NCBI GenBank assembly: GCA_947625575.1
Contig: CANQOV010000004.1
Location: 1 to 56,252 of the forward strand
Reading direction: 5' to 3'
Length of the DNA stretch: 56,252 nucleotides
Origin: an uncultured Bacilli bacterium
GTDB taxonomy: Bacteria; Bacillota_I; Bacilli_A; RF39; UBA660
Below, piece after piece: positions 10,544 to 20,896 of the stretch. The translations under genes and the position numbers were made by a program. The notes under the pieces are model-generated. The model worked only from the letters and a program-made list of their open reading frames with translations. It was not told where the DNA came from and ran no database searches. The stretch's first letter is position 1. Every line of letters begins with the position of its first letter.

Positions 10544-11314
10544 TTAAGCTTCTTTTTTAGTTACTTTTTTAGGTTTTCTACTAGTAGTAGTTTTTTTACT
10601 AGAAGTAGCTTTTTTAGTAGAAGTTACTTTTCTACTAGAAGTTGTTTTCTTAGTCTTTGTAGAGCTAACATCTTCTTCATGTTCTAAAACCATATTTTCT
10701 AGCATCTCACTTTTTTTGTTAGAAGTAACTACCGCTTTGATAATATAGGCAAAACATAAAGAATAAATAACTGTAGAGAAAATATTCAAAACATACTCTC
10801 CTACTGTTAAATCCACCAAAGTTTTGAAACTAACCATATTAAAATTAGCTAAAACTACAAATAAGATACTATGAATAGTAACAGCAATCACACTAGAAAC
10901 CAAGAAATTTAAACTTTTGTTTTTCTCAAGGTAATAATATACTTTTATATTTACTATCTGACTTACAAAGAAACCAACAATAAAAGCAAAAACACCTTGG
11001 AAAGTAAATCCTAACCCCATTAAATCACTATTATTATTTCCGCTAATAGGTAGTAAAGATGTCAAACCAATAAGTACTGAGCAAAAAATAAGTGAAAATA
11101 CTGCAAACACTAAAAGATTAAACAGTTTTTCTTTACCATATCTTTCTGTATAAAGTGTAGATAAAAAATAAGTCATTGGAAATATTAATACACTAGCAGT
11201 ACTAACGATTGAGCCAATGTGTATGCTCCTAGTAGTTAAAGCAAAAGAAGTAACAAAACAAATTACAAAACAAATTATAACAAAAATATAATAATAATTA
11301 TTCTCTTTTCTCAT
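10544..11314 (-). CDS. VUT/YhhQ-family queuosine precursor transporter-like protein
   Basis: multi-TM; 'LIFPMTYFLSTLYTERYG', 'FFVSQIVNIKVY'; queH present in window. Confidence 0.7.
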   Translation of the reverse strand: MRKENNYYYIFVIICFVICFVTSFALTTRSIHIGSIVSTASVLIFPMTYFLSTLYTERYGKEKLFNLLVFAVFSLIFCSVLIGLTSLLPISGNNNSDLMGLGFTFQGVFAFIVGFFVSQIVNIKVYYYLEKNKSLNFLVSSVIAVTIHSILFVVLANFNMVSFKTLVDLTVGEYVLNIFSTVIYSLCFAYIIKAVVTSNKKSEMLENMVLEHEEDVSSTKTKKTTSSRKVTSTKKATSSKKTTTSRKPKKVTKKEA

Positions 11315-11415
11315 TTCAGTCCTCCTATTATAAATTATAACTTCTTTTTTCTATTAACACAAGAAATTTTAAAATAAAATATCATAAAAAAATATTGCGG
11401 TTGACACGCAATATT

Positions 11416-11676
11416 TTAATTATTATTTAAATCATCTTGTAGTAGTTGTTGAAACATTGGTATAACTTGAACTAATATATTCTCATCAACTACTCTATCC
11501 AAAGTTCCAGTAGAATAATCAGCAACTAATATTTCATATTCTTCTGTTGGAGTTTCTTCATCATTTTTTAATCCAACACAATATAAATATTCAGACCCCT
11601 CATATTTTAATGCTGCTAAAACCAAAACTTTTTCGTTAGTATCAAAAGTAATTATATCATTTTTCTTAAAACTCAT
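11416..11676 (-). CDS. small acidic hypothetical protein, DUF1292-like
   Basis: 'IITFDTNEKVLVL...YEGSEYLY...VIPMFQ'. Confidence 0.55.
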   Translation of the reverse strand: MSFKKNDIITFDTNEKVLVLAALKYEGSEYLYCVGLKNDEETPTEEYEILVADYSTGTLDRVVDENILVQVIPMFQQLLQDDLNNN

Positions 11677-11706
11677 AACCTATTCCCTTTCTATTCTAAT
11701 TTGCTT

Positions 11707-12993
11707 TTATTGTTTATATCCTTTATAAACTTCTTTACCTGCTAATCCGATACCTAATGCCTTTAAAAGTTCTGGATTAGTAGTAGCAACTAACATAGAT
11801 CCTAATACAGCCAAACCAGCCGCTATAGTAGCAGCACTAATTTTTACAGCATTTTTAATACTAACCACACCACGTTTTACAGATTTTTTAACTTTAGATT
11901 CTTCTTTCTTTCCAAGAAAGTCATCACGAACAGGATCTTCACTAGAAATATTACCACTTTCGCCTTCTGCTTGATTAACAGTTTCTCCTAAAACAGGTTG
12001 TTTGTCAATATCCTCTTGATTAGTAACATCTCCATTACTAGGTTGTTCTTTTATTTCTTCGGAAGCATTTAATACAGATTTAATAGAATCATCAAAATCT
12101 TCAACTGGCAATACAGGAGTAATAACAGGACTAGTCATTTCTTTAGGTTGTTCTTCATCACTTGGTACAGGCTCAGTAGCACCTAAAAAATTTTCAACTG
12201 GTGATACAGGTGTGATAACAGGGTTGTCATGAACAACAGGTTTGTCTTCACTAACAGGTGACTTTACTACACTACCATTAATACTTCTATCATAATCAGC
12301 TAAAGATGTATATTTAACTTCTTTTAATTTGCTAGCATATTCTTCTTTTTTCAATTCTAATTCGTTTATATATCTTTGTTTATCTTCTGCTTCTTTAACA
12401 AAATTACGTTTCTTTAACTCTTCCAAAGATAAATATTCTTTCTTTAATTGACCATTAATAAATGTTATATTAGATTTTAATTTTCTAATCTCATCATTTT
12501 GTAAAGAAGAAACCAATGATAACTCAAAACTCTCTTTATCGTTATTTGCTTCTTCCCTTTCAACTTCTAATTCTTTTTGTAGACTTCCTAAATTATCTCT
12601 AAAAGTCTTCATTTCAGCTTTAATAGAAGTAAGTTGTCTTCTTTCTTGTGGTGTTAATTTTCTTTCATTAGCAGTTTTTTCTAACTCATACATCTCATCT
12701 AAATCTCTTTTAAGCATCTCTTGATAATAATCAATCCAATACTCCATATCAGAAATATAAGCTTCAACTTCCTCTAATCTTTTCTTTACAATTGCTGGCT
12801 CTTCCATTTCTTTAAAAGCTCCAGCACCATATCTTGATTCAATATAATGTTGTAACTCTAAATACTCTTTCTTTGCATCTTCACTCAATACATCAAAATT
12901 TCTAACCCTAACAAGATCATCCAAAGGTTTAAACAATTCAAGAACTTGTTCTTTTTTCATGCTTTCATATTTTTTAACATCTTCATAATTCAT
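11707..12993 (-). CDS. hypothetical coiled-coil protein with Pro/acidic linker and C-terminal hydrophobic segment
   Basis: heptad-rich N-half; repeat 'PVITPVSPVENF'/'PVITPVLPVEDF'; 'AATIAAGLAVLGSMLVA'. Confidence 0.65.
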   Translation of the reverse strand: MNYEDVKKYESMKKEQVLELFKPLDDLVRVRNFDVLSEDAKKEYLELQHYIESRYGAGAFKEMEEPAIVKKRLEEVEAYISDMEYWIDYYQEMLKRDLDEMYELEKTANERKLTPQERRQLTSIKAEMKTFRDNLGSLQKELEVEREEANNDKESFELSLVSSLQNDEIRKLKSNITFINGQLKKEYLSLEELKKRNFVKEAEDKQRYINELELKKEEYASKLKEVKYTSLADYDRSINGSVVKSPVSEDKPVVHDNPVITPVSPVENFLGATEPVPSDEEQPKEMTSPVITPVLPVEDFDDSIKSVLNASEEIKEQPSNGDVTNQEDIDKQPVLGETVNQAEGESGNISSEDPVRDDFLGKKEESKVKKSVKRGVVSIKNAVKISAATIAAGLAVLGSMLVATTNPELLKALGIGLAGKEVYKGYKQ

Positions 12994-13408
12994 AAAAACT
13001 CCACTCCTTTTTATGCCAACATATTATAACACTTTCTTTTAAAAAATGCAAGTAATATTATCAATGTAATTATAACATTAATATTTTTGTTTGCAAACTA
13101 TTTTTTTCCATTTTTTATTTAATTTTCCATAAACTTGAATTGATTACAAAATTTTCAAATCTACTTAAATTATACTATTGACATCACAAAAGTAAATAAA
13201 AATTACTATAAAATTTATCGAAAATTTTATAAATAATAAGATAAATAAAATTAAAAAATTATTAAATTTTGATAAAAATTTATAAACTTTAACACAAACT
13301 ATACGCAAATTTCAAACATTTATTGAATTCTGATTAATTATAAGTTATATTCAAATTATAAGAATATAAAGCGGTTAACTAATAAATATAATAAAAGTGA
13401 GGTAAAAT

Positions 13409-14079
13409 ATGGATTACAAAACCGCAATAAATGAGTTTATAAAAAGAAGAGAATATCTTAATAATCAAAATTTGGAGGGAATAGTATTATATGGATCATA
13501 TAATACGTGATTTGCCACTAAAAATTCTGATATCGATCTACAAATAATTTTTAATAACGAAACAAATAATCAATTTCGTGGAGCTGAAATGATTGAGAAT
13601 TTTAGAATAGAATATTTTGAAAAACCTTTGGAAGACTATTATAAAAAACTAGTTTATGATTTTAATCATCAAAGCAATGTATTATTATCAATGATAGGCT
13701 ATGGAACTATGATAATTGATAAAAACGGGAATATAAAATTACTAAAAGAAAAGATAAAGGAAGTTTATAGTAATCCATTACCTAAATTAGATGAAGATAC
13801 TATTATCGAGCAATTATCTATATTAAGTAATAGAATACATAACTTACAAGTATTAGCTGATAATAACGACCCTTATTTTAATCATTTATATCATTTACCA
13901 TAGAAAAAATCAAAAAAAATTTTTAAAATTAATCCACCTCAAGAATTTATTAACATTTTCATTGCTAGCCTAAATGAACAATTAGCCCCACAACAAAAAA
14001 TGCAGATAATTACTCAAAAAATGAAGTCTCATTTGACAATAATAACCATCACATTAATATTAGAAAAAGAAGCTATTGA
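13409..14079 (+). pseudogene. nucleotidyltransferase-domain pseudogene
   Basis: RBS+ATG 13409 gives MDYKTA...GIVLYGSYNT*FATKNSDIDL (GS..SDxD motif) with TGA at 13508; in frame with ORF 13589-13903; further frameshift near 13900. Confidence 0.75.
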
Positions 14080-14108
14080 GAAAATAATTTTCCTCAATAG
14101 CTTCTTTT
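14065..14108. terminator. bidirectional intrinsic terminator
   Basis: AAAAGAAGCTATTGAG-N12-CTCAATAGCTTCTTTT between convergent genes. Confidence 0.8.
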
Positions 14109-14177
14109 ATTGATGTAAATATTTTTTTACAAATTTTCTATATTTACATTTTTTTCTACAACAACATATACATCTTA

Positions 14178-14765
14178 CTATTTAAAATCTGATAATTTAT
14201 ATCCTAATTTACTAAGTTCCTTATACACTCTACTAATTGGCATACCCAAGATATTATAAAAATCTCCATTTATTTTAGATATATAAATTGCTGATTTTCC
14301 TGCTATTGAATAACCACATCTTTCAAATATATATTGTTCATTTTCAATATACCAATCAATTTCTTCATCGGTTATCTCATCAAAATAAACTTCTGTTACC
14401 TCGTTTAGTGTAATTGATTTATTTTGATACAAGTCGATAATTGTTACTCCTGTAACTGCATAATTAACTCTTCCTGATAATTTTTTTAACATTTCCTTAG
14501 CCTGTGCTTTTGTCTTTGGTTTTTCTAATTTTTTGTCATCTATATAAATAATAGAATCTGCCGAAATTATAACACCCTCTTTTAACCCATTAGATACAGC
14601 CTGTGCTTTTTGTTTTGATAAATCCATAACATATTCAGTTGGGTCTGTTTTATCTGAGTGTTCTTCGATATTGCTCGGAATAACATCATAAATTAAACCT
14701 ACTTTATCTAATATTTCTTTTCTAGTTCTAGAATTTGAAGCTAAAATTAATTTCATATTTTTCAT
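14178..14765 (-). CDS. maf: Maf-family nucleotide pyrophosphatase
   Basis: 'LILASNSRTRKEIL', 'ISADSII', 'LEKP', 'GDFYNILGMP'. Confidence 0.9.
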   Translation of the reverse strand: MKNMKLILASNSRTRKEILDKVGLIYDVIPSNIEEHSDKTDPTEYVMDLSKQKAQAVSNGLKEGVIISADSIIYIDDKKLEKPKTKAQAKEMLKKLSGRVNYAVTGVTIIDLYQNKSITLNEVTEVYFDEITDEEIDWYIENEQYIFERCGYSIAGKSAIYISKINGDFYNILGMPISRVYKELSKLGYKLSDFK

Positions 14766-14884
14766 CCTCTCGCTTGATACAATTATAACATAAATTCTAA
14801 CAAATCGTTAATCAATTTATTACTTGACATTTTTTGATTTTTAAATTTTTTATAAAAACGTATTTTTTATTTAATTTATATCAT

Positions 14885-15142
14885 TTACTGTATTATATTA
14901 TTATAAAAATTAAACTCACTAATATTTTCTAAAATAATTTCCAATTCTTCACTATCATTATCTTCTAAAAAAGTTTCAATATCAAACATCAAATCTTTAA
15001 TATTTTTATACTTTTTTATATCAAAACCATAAGATAACAATATTTTAACCTCTTCATCTGTTAAATATATTCCTCTATAATTCTTATGAAAAGAAAACTT
15101 TATCTTCTTTAACTCTTCCCAAAAATTATCCTCTTTATTCAT
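14885..15142 (-). CDS. hypothetical protein
   Basis: 85-aa ORF overlapping upstream stop. Confidence 0.6.
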   Translation of the reverse strand: MNKEDNFWEELKKIKFSFHKNYRGIYLTDEEVKILLSYGFDIKKYKNIKDLMFDIETFLEDNDSEELEIILENISEFNFYNNIIQ

Positions 15143-16070
15143 ATTTTCTTACTCTTACTATATCATCAAATGTAACTTGCTCGTTATCTTGATTATTTTT
15201 CTTATTTATATTAATTAAATTATCAAGTGGTAAAACCCCTACTTGAGATACAAACTTATTTTTTAAAATTTTTGCCATTTTTCTTACTTGTTCTAAAAAT
15301 AAATTATATTCTTCTAATTTATAATAATCTTTATATTTATTAATAAAATTAATACCAGTGTAGTAATATTTTAAATGTTCATTATTAAGTAATTCTACTA
15401 AATTCTTATTAGATGTCTTAACCCCTCTTCTTGCTAAAACTTCTATAAGTTCACTTGAATTAAAACCATAAAATTCTTTAACAAAAATACCAATTATAAC
15501 ACCATAACTTATTTTTTCATTAAACATTTTAGGTAATTTTTCTTTTAATTCTTCTTTAGCAGTATTTATATTATCCATTAATTGTCCATTACTTAAATTA
15601 TTAGTATTTATTAAACTTCTTGTAAGTACATCTTCAATTTTAGAAATACCACTAACGTTAATAAAATCTCTAAACGGAGTAATTCCCGTCTCTTGTTTAA
15701 ATTTCATTTTAAGTTTTAAAGCAATTTGTCTTGCGTCAAACCTCAACATTTCCATATCTTCTTCATTTCCAATTTGAAAACTCTTTAAATTACCTAATTT
15801 ATTAGCAAGTATCGTTAAAAAACTCAATCTATATATTAAATGTTTAGAATTCATAACTGAAACAGGACTACCACTATCATCTATATTTAAATATTTTTTT
15901 AAAGTACAAGATCTATGATCATAAAATCCTACATAATACTCTTTACACAATATAGAATACATCTTACATTTCTTTTTATTATAATCAACAATAAAACCTA
16001 ACTTCTCAAGATTTTTAAACAATAACAACTCTTCTTTATGCATTAAATAAACAATTTCATTTCTTTTCAT
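15135..16070 (-). CDS. hypothetical protein (C-terminus ...DDIVRVRKYE)
   Basis: 311-aa ORF with RBS and upstream TGnTATAAT promoter. Confidence 0.65.
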   Translation of the reverse strand: MKRNEIVYLMHKEELLLFKNLEKLGFIVDYNKKKCKMYSILCKEYYVGFYDHRSCTLKKYLNIDDSGSPVSVMNSKHLIYRLSFLTILANKLGNLKSFQIGNEEDMEMLRFDARQIALKLKMKFKQETGITPFRDFINVSGISKIEDVLTRSLINTNNLSNGQLMDNINTAKEELKEKLPKMFNEKISYGVIIGIFVKEFYGFNSSELIEVLARRGVKTSNKNLVELLNNEHLKYYYTGINFINKYKDYYKLEEYNLFLEQVRKMAKILKNKFVSQVGVLPLDNLININKKNNQDNEQVTFDDIVRVRKYE

Positions 16071-16171
16071 ACTACACCTACCACTAAATCATATTATACC
16101 ACATTAACATAAAAAATACAATTTTTATATGACTAGCAATCTATGTTATAATTGTAAAAGAGGAATAACAT

Positions 16172-16486
16172 ATGTATATAAAAATTAATAATAAAAAATT
16201 ATATGTAGAAACCTGTTCTAATATCTACACCAAATTCAAAGGTTTTATGTTTACCAAAAATATTAATTATGGTAAAAGATTTAAAAGATGTAATAAAATA
16301 CATACCTTTTTTATGAAAGATACAATTGATATATTTATGACAGATAAAAATAATAAAATTACCTTTATCCAGAACAATGTTAAAAAAAATAAAATTATCT
16401 TTGGCGAAGGTTATTACACCTATGAAATACCAAAAGGATTAGGAAAAAACTTAAAATTAAATGACTATATCGAAATAGAAAAATAA
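16172..16486 (+). CDS. DUF192 family protein
   Basis: 'KFKGFMF', 'IHTFFMKDTIDI', 'YEIPKG'. Confidence 0.8.
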   Translation: MYIKINNKKLYVETCSNIYTKFKGFMFTKNINYGKRFKRCNKIHTFFMKDTIDIFMTDKNNKITFIQNNVKKNKIIFGEGYYTYEIPKGLGKNLKLNDYIEIEK

Positions 16487-16492
16487 GAACAA

Positions 16493-17665
16493 TTACTTCT
16501 TGTTCTTATTTTTTATTTTCTTACCATCTAATATATCATACGCTTCCAAAAGATTACCATTAAAAGCCTCAATTTTTTCTTTTTTAGCATTATGATAATT
16601 CATTGATATATTAATCAAATTTTCAATTAATTCGCTAGCTTTTTTCTTTTTATTAAGCCATATATAACAAGCTAAATCTCCAGGAATAGTATTTATTTCA
16701 TTGATATATACTTTATTTGTTGCATCATCAAGTAAAAAATCAATTCTCACAACTCCCCTACAATCAATTAATTTAAATACTTTTATAGCAAAAGATTTAA
16801 TATCATCAATTAATTCTTTAGAGAAAATCATTTTAGAGGAATCTTTTTTACTAAGATGTTTATTATATCCTTCAACATACTTTTCTTTGAAAGAATAAAA
16901 CTCTCCCGATACATTAATTTCTTCAATATCAGATACTTCTTGTTTTTCCTGATCACCTAACACACTTATATTTACCTCTTTAGTATTAGGTACACACTCT
17001 TCAATTAAAACTTTCCTATCTAAAGAAACAGCAAGTTCAATAGCCTCCACTAATTTAGACTTATCACTAACTTTACTAATTCCAATACTTGAGCCTAAAG
17101 AAGCTGGTTTTACAAAAAGAGGATAACTGAACTCTTTAGTAATTTTATCAATTAATTTACGTTGTTTGCTCTTCCAGTCAACATCATAAAAATACATATA
17201 TTTTGTTGTGGGTAAGTCATTAGCTTTTAACAAATCTTTAAACAAAACTTTGTCCATGCCAACAGCACTAGCTAAAACTCCACTTTGAGTATAATCTATC
17301 CCAATCATATTCAAATACCCTTGAATAGATCCATCTTCTAAATATGCTCCATGTCCAATAGGAAAAACAAAATCTAAAACATGTAAATTTCTTTTAAACA
17401 AACCCAACTTTTGTAAAACAATTCGATTACCATCTCTAATTAAAGCAACTTTTGTTGCATATCTTTTAACAAGAGCAATATCTCGATAATTGATAATATC
17501 TTTTAAATGTTGTCCACAATACCAATTATTTTCTTTATCTATATATATAGGAATCACATTATATTTATCTTGATCCATATTACTCATAATTTCAACTGCA
17601 GACAAAATACTTATCTCATGTTCAACACTTTTTCCTCCAAATATAACACCTATATTAGGACGCAT
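16493..17665 (-). CDS. ddl: D-alanine--D-alanine ligase
   Basis: 'FGGKSVEHEISILSA', 'HG..LEDGSIQG', 'GSSIG', 'RIDF', 'NEINTIPG'; start at ATG 17665. Confidence 0.92.
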   Translation of the reverse strand: MRPNIGVIFGGKSVEHEISILSAVEIMSNMDQDKYNVIPIYIDKENNWYCGQHLKDIINYRDIALVKRYATKVALIRDGNRIVLQKLGLFKRNLHVLDFVFPIGHGAYLEDGSIQGYLNMIGIDYTQSGVLASAVGMDKVLFKDLLKANDLPTTKYMYFYDVDWKSKQRKLIDKITKEFSYPLFVKPASLGSSIGISKVSDKSKLVEAIELAVSLDRKVLIEECVPNTKEVNISVLGDQEKQEVSDIEEINVSGEFYSFKEKYVEGYNKHLSKKDSSKMIFSKELIDDIKSFAIKVFKLIDCRGVVRIDFLLDDATNKVYINEINTIPGDLACYIWLNKKKKASELIENLINISMNYHNAKKEKIEAFNGNLLEAYDILDGKKIKNKNKK

Positions 17666-17754
17666 AAAACCACCTTCCACATCAAATTATAACAAAAACT
17701 TTAAAAATTAATCAACAAATTTACCCAACTTAACATCTATTATGTAAAATGCTT

Positions 17755-19578
17755 TTAAAATCCTCTTCCTCCACCACCAATGGAGCCTCCTCCACCGCCA
17801 CTAGAGAATCCTCCTCCAAAGCCACTTCCACTTGAATAATTAGAATTGGCTATCGTAGCATTGGAAATACTAACAGCTTTGCTAACACTATTAGATACTG
17901 TATGATAAATACTATTATTTATCAAATAATTAGCAAAATAAATATCTGAAATTGTTAAATCATTATTTTCAATATTCTTTAACTTGATTTTCATTGTTTT
18001 TTGTAACGACTCAGCAACACCAAGCACTGTTGCATACACCAAATATTTACTCCATAAAACAATTTCTGGCAATTGTTTTTCATCTAATCTACCAAAATCT
18101 AATAAAAACTTTTTAAAGGCCATCCACTTTTTATATTCTAAAGCACCATTTTTACTTCTTTTAGTAATCATTGATAAATAAATTACCGCAATAATAGATA
18201 GCATAACTATTAAAACGAAAAGGACAATATGATCTTCACATAATATAAATGAACTAATAAATGCTAAAATAACTAAAATAACAATTGATCCAACTGGTTT
18301 ATTATTACCCTCATAAAAATCATATTTTAAAGAATCTTTTATTGATTTAGCTTGCCACTTTTGATAATGCGTTAAAAACTTTCTAGCAGTTTTTTCTTTA
18401 CTACTATAATCTTTTAGACTACTTAAAGTAAACATCTCTCCATTTCCAACTTCAGTAAATAAAAAATTTAAAATTTCTTCTTCATAATCATTTAATACCA
18501 CAAAAATATTTTTGCTTTTTCTTAAAATATAATCATTTTTCTTATCAGCAATCTTTTCTACAGTAATAACTTTTTTATCAATCAAATCTAATATACAAGA
18601 TGAATACCCAACATTAGTAACATTTTTCTTTAACAAATACTCTAAAACTACAGGTCCATAATCATTAGGTATCTCTCTATAATATTCCATATCAAAACTA
18701 ATTTTATGTTCTTTATCATATTTAAAATAAGCCCTAATAACTAAAACAATAATAACTAAAACATTAAAAACAAAAATTCCAATTTGAACAGTATCATAAA
18801 GTTTAGCTTTATCTCTTTGTCTATTAGCAATAGTTGCGTACTCTTCCTCTTCTTCTAAAACACTATCAAACACTTCATTTTGATCAGTCTTTTTAGCATC
18901 TTTAACCAAATCTTTATTAAAAAGCATTCTAACTTCTAAATTAGTATAACTATCTAATTCATCAATTGTAGCTTCAATATATGAAACATCACTTTTCTTC
19001 CTACTGACATTTCCATAAAGTGGTCCATGGACAAACACTCTTAAATCATTGTCAACAGAAGGAAGATTAATAACTACTTTTACATCTTCTAAAACATCTT
19101 CCATACCACTTGGAATCGCATTAAAATATAACTCAGCAACATCACTATGCACTAAAACCATATCATTAAAAGTATAACATAAAGCATATCCTACTTCTTC
19201 ATAATTAGCTTTGTTATACATCCTAATAACTACATTATCTCCATTATTATAAATAAAATATTTATAACTATCTCCATTTGTAGCATTATTATCTAATTTA
19301 TATTCTCTACCCAATTTCAAAGTATCAAAATCATAGTCATAAACTCTAATATTTGAAAGACTTGAAGGAGCAAAATTACCTCCCAAAGATTTATAATCTA
19401 TTTCTCTTTCATACCCATTAAAACTACCATCTTGTCCAATATATTCACATATATTTAAATCTCCAGAAGAAGTAACATCACCTACTATATGATAATGCGT
19501 CATTTCATAATCTACATCACTAGCCAAAACACTAATTGGAAACAACAACATCACTAATAATAGCAATATCTTTTTCAA
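17755..19578 (-). CDS. DUF2207 family membrane protein
   Basis: signal peptide, TMs, 'W.AFKKFL', 'WSKYLVYATVLGV', Gly/Ser C-terminus; downstream of lemA. Confidence 0.88.
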   Translation of the reverse strand: MKKILLLLVMLLFPISVLASDVDYEMTHYHIVGDVTSSGDLNICEYIGQDGSFNGYEREIDYKSLGGNFAPSSLSNIRVYDYDFDTLKLGREYKLDNNATNGDSYKYFIYNNGDNVVIRMYNKANYEEVGYALCYTFNDMVLVHSDVAELYFNAIPSGMEDVLEDVKVVINLPSVDNDLRVFVHGPLYGNVSRKKSDVSYIEATIDELDSYTNLEVRMLFNKDLVKDAKKTDQNEVFDSVLEEEEEYATIANRQRDKAKLYDTVQIGIFVFNVLVIIVLVIRAYFKYDKEHKISFDMEYYREIPNDYGPVVLEYLLKKNVTNVGYSSCILDLIDKKVITVEKIADKKNDYILRKSKNIFVVLNDYEEEILNFLFTEVGNGEMFTLSSLKDYSSKEKTARKFLTHYQKWQAKSIKDSLKYDFYEGNNKPVGSIVILVILAFISSFILCEDHIVLFVLIVMLSIIAVIYLSMITKRSKNGALEYKKWMAFKKFLLDFGRLDEKQLPEIVLWSKYLVYATVLGVAESLQKTMKIKLKNIENNDLTISDIYFANYLINNSIYHTVSNSVSKAVSISNATIANSNYSSGSGFGGGFSSGGGGGSIGGGGRGF

Positions 19579-19618
19579 AAAATCACCTCTTTCAAAAAAA
19601 AAGGCTTATACAATAAGC

Positions 19619-20170
19619 CTAAAAACTAACTTTTGGAGTTTTTCTTTCATCTTCATTTGCTTCAATAAACTCTGCTTTCTTAAACTTAGCCATTTTAGCA
19701 ACAATATTTGATGGTACCATCTCCACCTTATTATTATAAGTTAAAACTGTATCATTATAAAATTGTCTTGTTACTGCAATCTTATCTTCTGTTTCTTTTA
19801 AATCACTTTGTAAAGATAAGAAATTTTGATTAGCTTTTAAATCAGGATAAGCTTCAGTTAAAGCAAATAATTTTCCTAAAGCTTGAGTTATCTGATTGCT
19901 AGCTTCTACCTCTTTTTCCATAGTATCCGCTGTAAGATAAGTATTTCTAGCTTTAATAACCTCATCTAAAGTAGACTTTTCATGTTTGGCATAACCTTTT
20001 ACAGTCTCTACTAAATTAGGTATCAAATCAGCTCTTCTTTTTAAATGAACATCAATCATAGACCATTGATCTTTCACTCTATTTCTTAAACTAACTAATT
20101 TATTATAAGTTAAGAAATAATATAAAACTAATAAAACAACAACTGCAATTAAAATATATAAAAATTCCAT
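19619..20170 (-). CDS. lemA: LemA family protein
   Basis: 'YNKLV..RN', '[22 protein letters not shown]', 'EAYPDLKAN'. Confidence 0.95.
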   Translation of the reverse strand: MEFLYILIAVVVLLVLYYFLTYNKLVSLRNRVKDQWSMIDVHLKRRADLIPNLVETVKGYAKHEKSTLDEVIKARNTYLTADTMEKEVEASNQITQALGKLFALTEAYPDLKANQNFLSLQSDLKETEDKIAVTRQFYNDTVLTYNNKVEMVPSNIVAKMAKFKKAEFIEANEDERKTPKVSF

Positions 20171-20301
20171 TTTTTAATCCTCCTAAAATAAGTATAGTAT
20201 ACTTTTTCTTTTTTTAAAAGTTTTTTTGAATATTTTCTTTCAAAATTACCAAAAATATAAATAGTAATAATTTAATAAAATGAAAGGAACATAAAAATAC
20301 T

Positions 20302-20514
20302 ATGGATTTAGATATTAGAACACATGTAATAAATAATATTAAAAATGATGACAAACAATCAATAATAAAAATGCTTGATTTAGGTGTTCAAGATAATGAT
20401 GAACTAGCCTTACCAGGACTAGGTGTCATCTTAGAATTATTTTGGTTAAAACTATCTATAGAAGAAAAAGAAAAAATTGCTAACATAATAATTAAACAAA
20501 TAAATTCTAATTAA
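20302..20514 (+). CDS. sspI: small acid-soluble spore protein SspI
   Basis: 'MDLDIR..V..N', 'ELALPGLGVILELFW'. Confidence 0.85.
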   Translation: MDLDIRTHVINNIKNDDKQSIIKMLDLGVQDNDELALPGLGVILELFWLKLSIEEKEKIANIIIKQINSN

Positions 20515-20792
20515 CTTTTTAATAAAACAATTATAACTCCTCCATTATATATATCTGTTTTATATTCTAAAACATTATGATTTTTTTTAAGACAGTCACT
20601 AACTGTCTTTTTTATTATACCAGTTCCATAACCATGAATTATCTTAACTAATCGGTATTTTAAAGTAATAGAATTATTAATAAACTCATCAATTAAAACC
20701 ATAGCCTGATATCTATTCATACCATGTAAATCTAACTCTGGCAAATTTTTATAAAAAACATAATCATCTATTTTTACCATACGAAACCTCAT
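20511..20792 (-). CDS. stand-alone Smr domain protein
   Basis: 'LDLHG', 'IIHGYGTGI', 'NGGVIIV'. Confidence 0.88.
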   Translation of the reverse strand: MRFRMVKIDDYVFYKNLPELDLHGMNRYQAMVLIDEFINNSITLKYRLVKIIHGYGTGIIKKTVSDCLKKNHNVLEYKTDIYNGGVIIVLLKS

Positions 20793-20896
20793 TAAAATAC
20801 ATCAATAAAATTATACTATTATTAAACTAAAAATAAAAGAACTATTCCCTTAATTTAAAAATCAATAAAAAACAAAGACTTAACTTAAATCTTTGT

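Noticed and set aside
12994-13408. Long AT-rich intergenic region as possible replication origin or ncRNA
   Set aside because: No DnaA-box cluster or stable structure seen; explained by divergent promoters
13508-13510. TGA at a conserved Gly position suggesting recoding (TGA=Gly/Trp)
   Set aside because: TGA ends other genes here (e.g. the ORFs ending at 302, 24746 and 32433), and the same gene also has a frameshift, so it is a pseudogene
17723-17750. dif-like site (…CATCTA-TTATGTAAAAT)
   Set aside because: XerC arm is a poor match and gene orientation does not switch here
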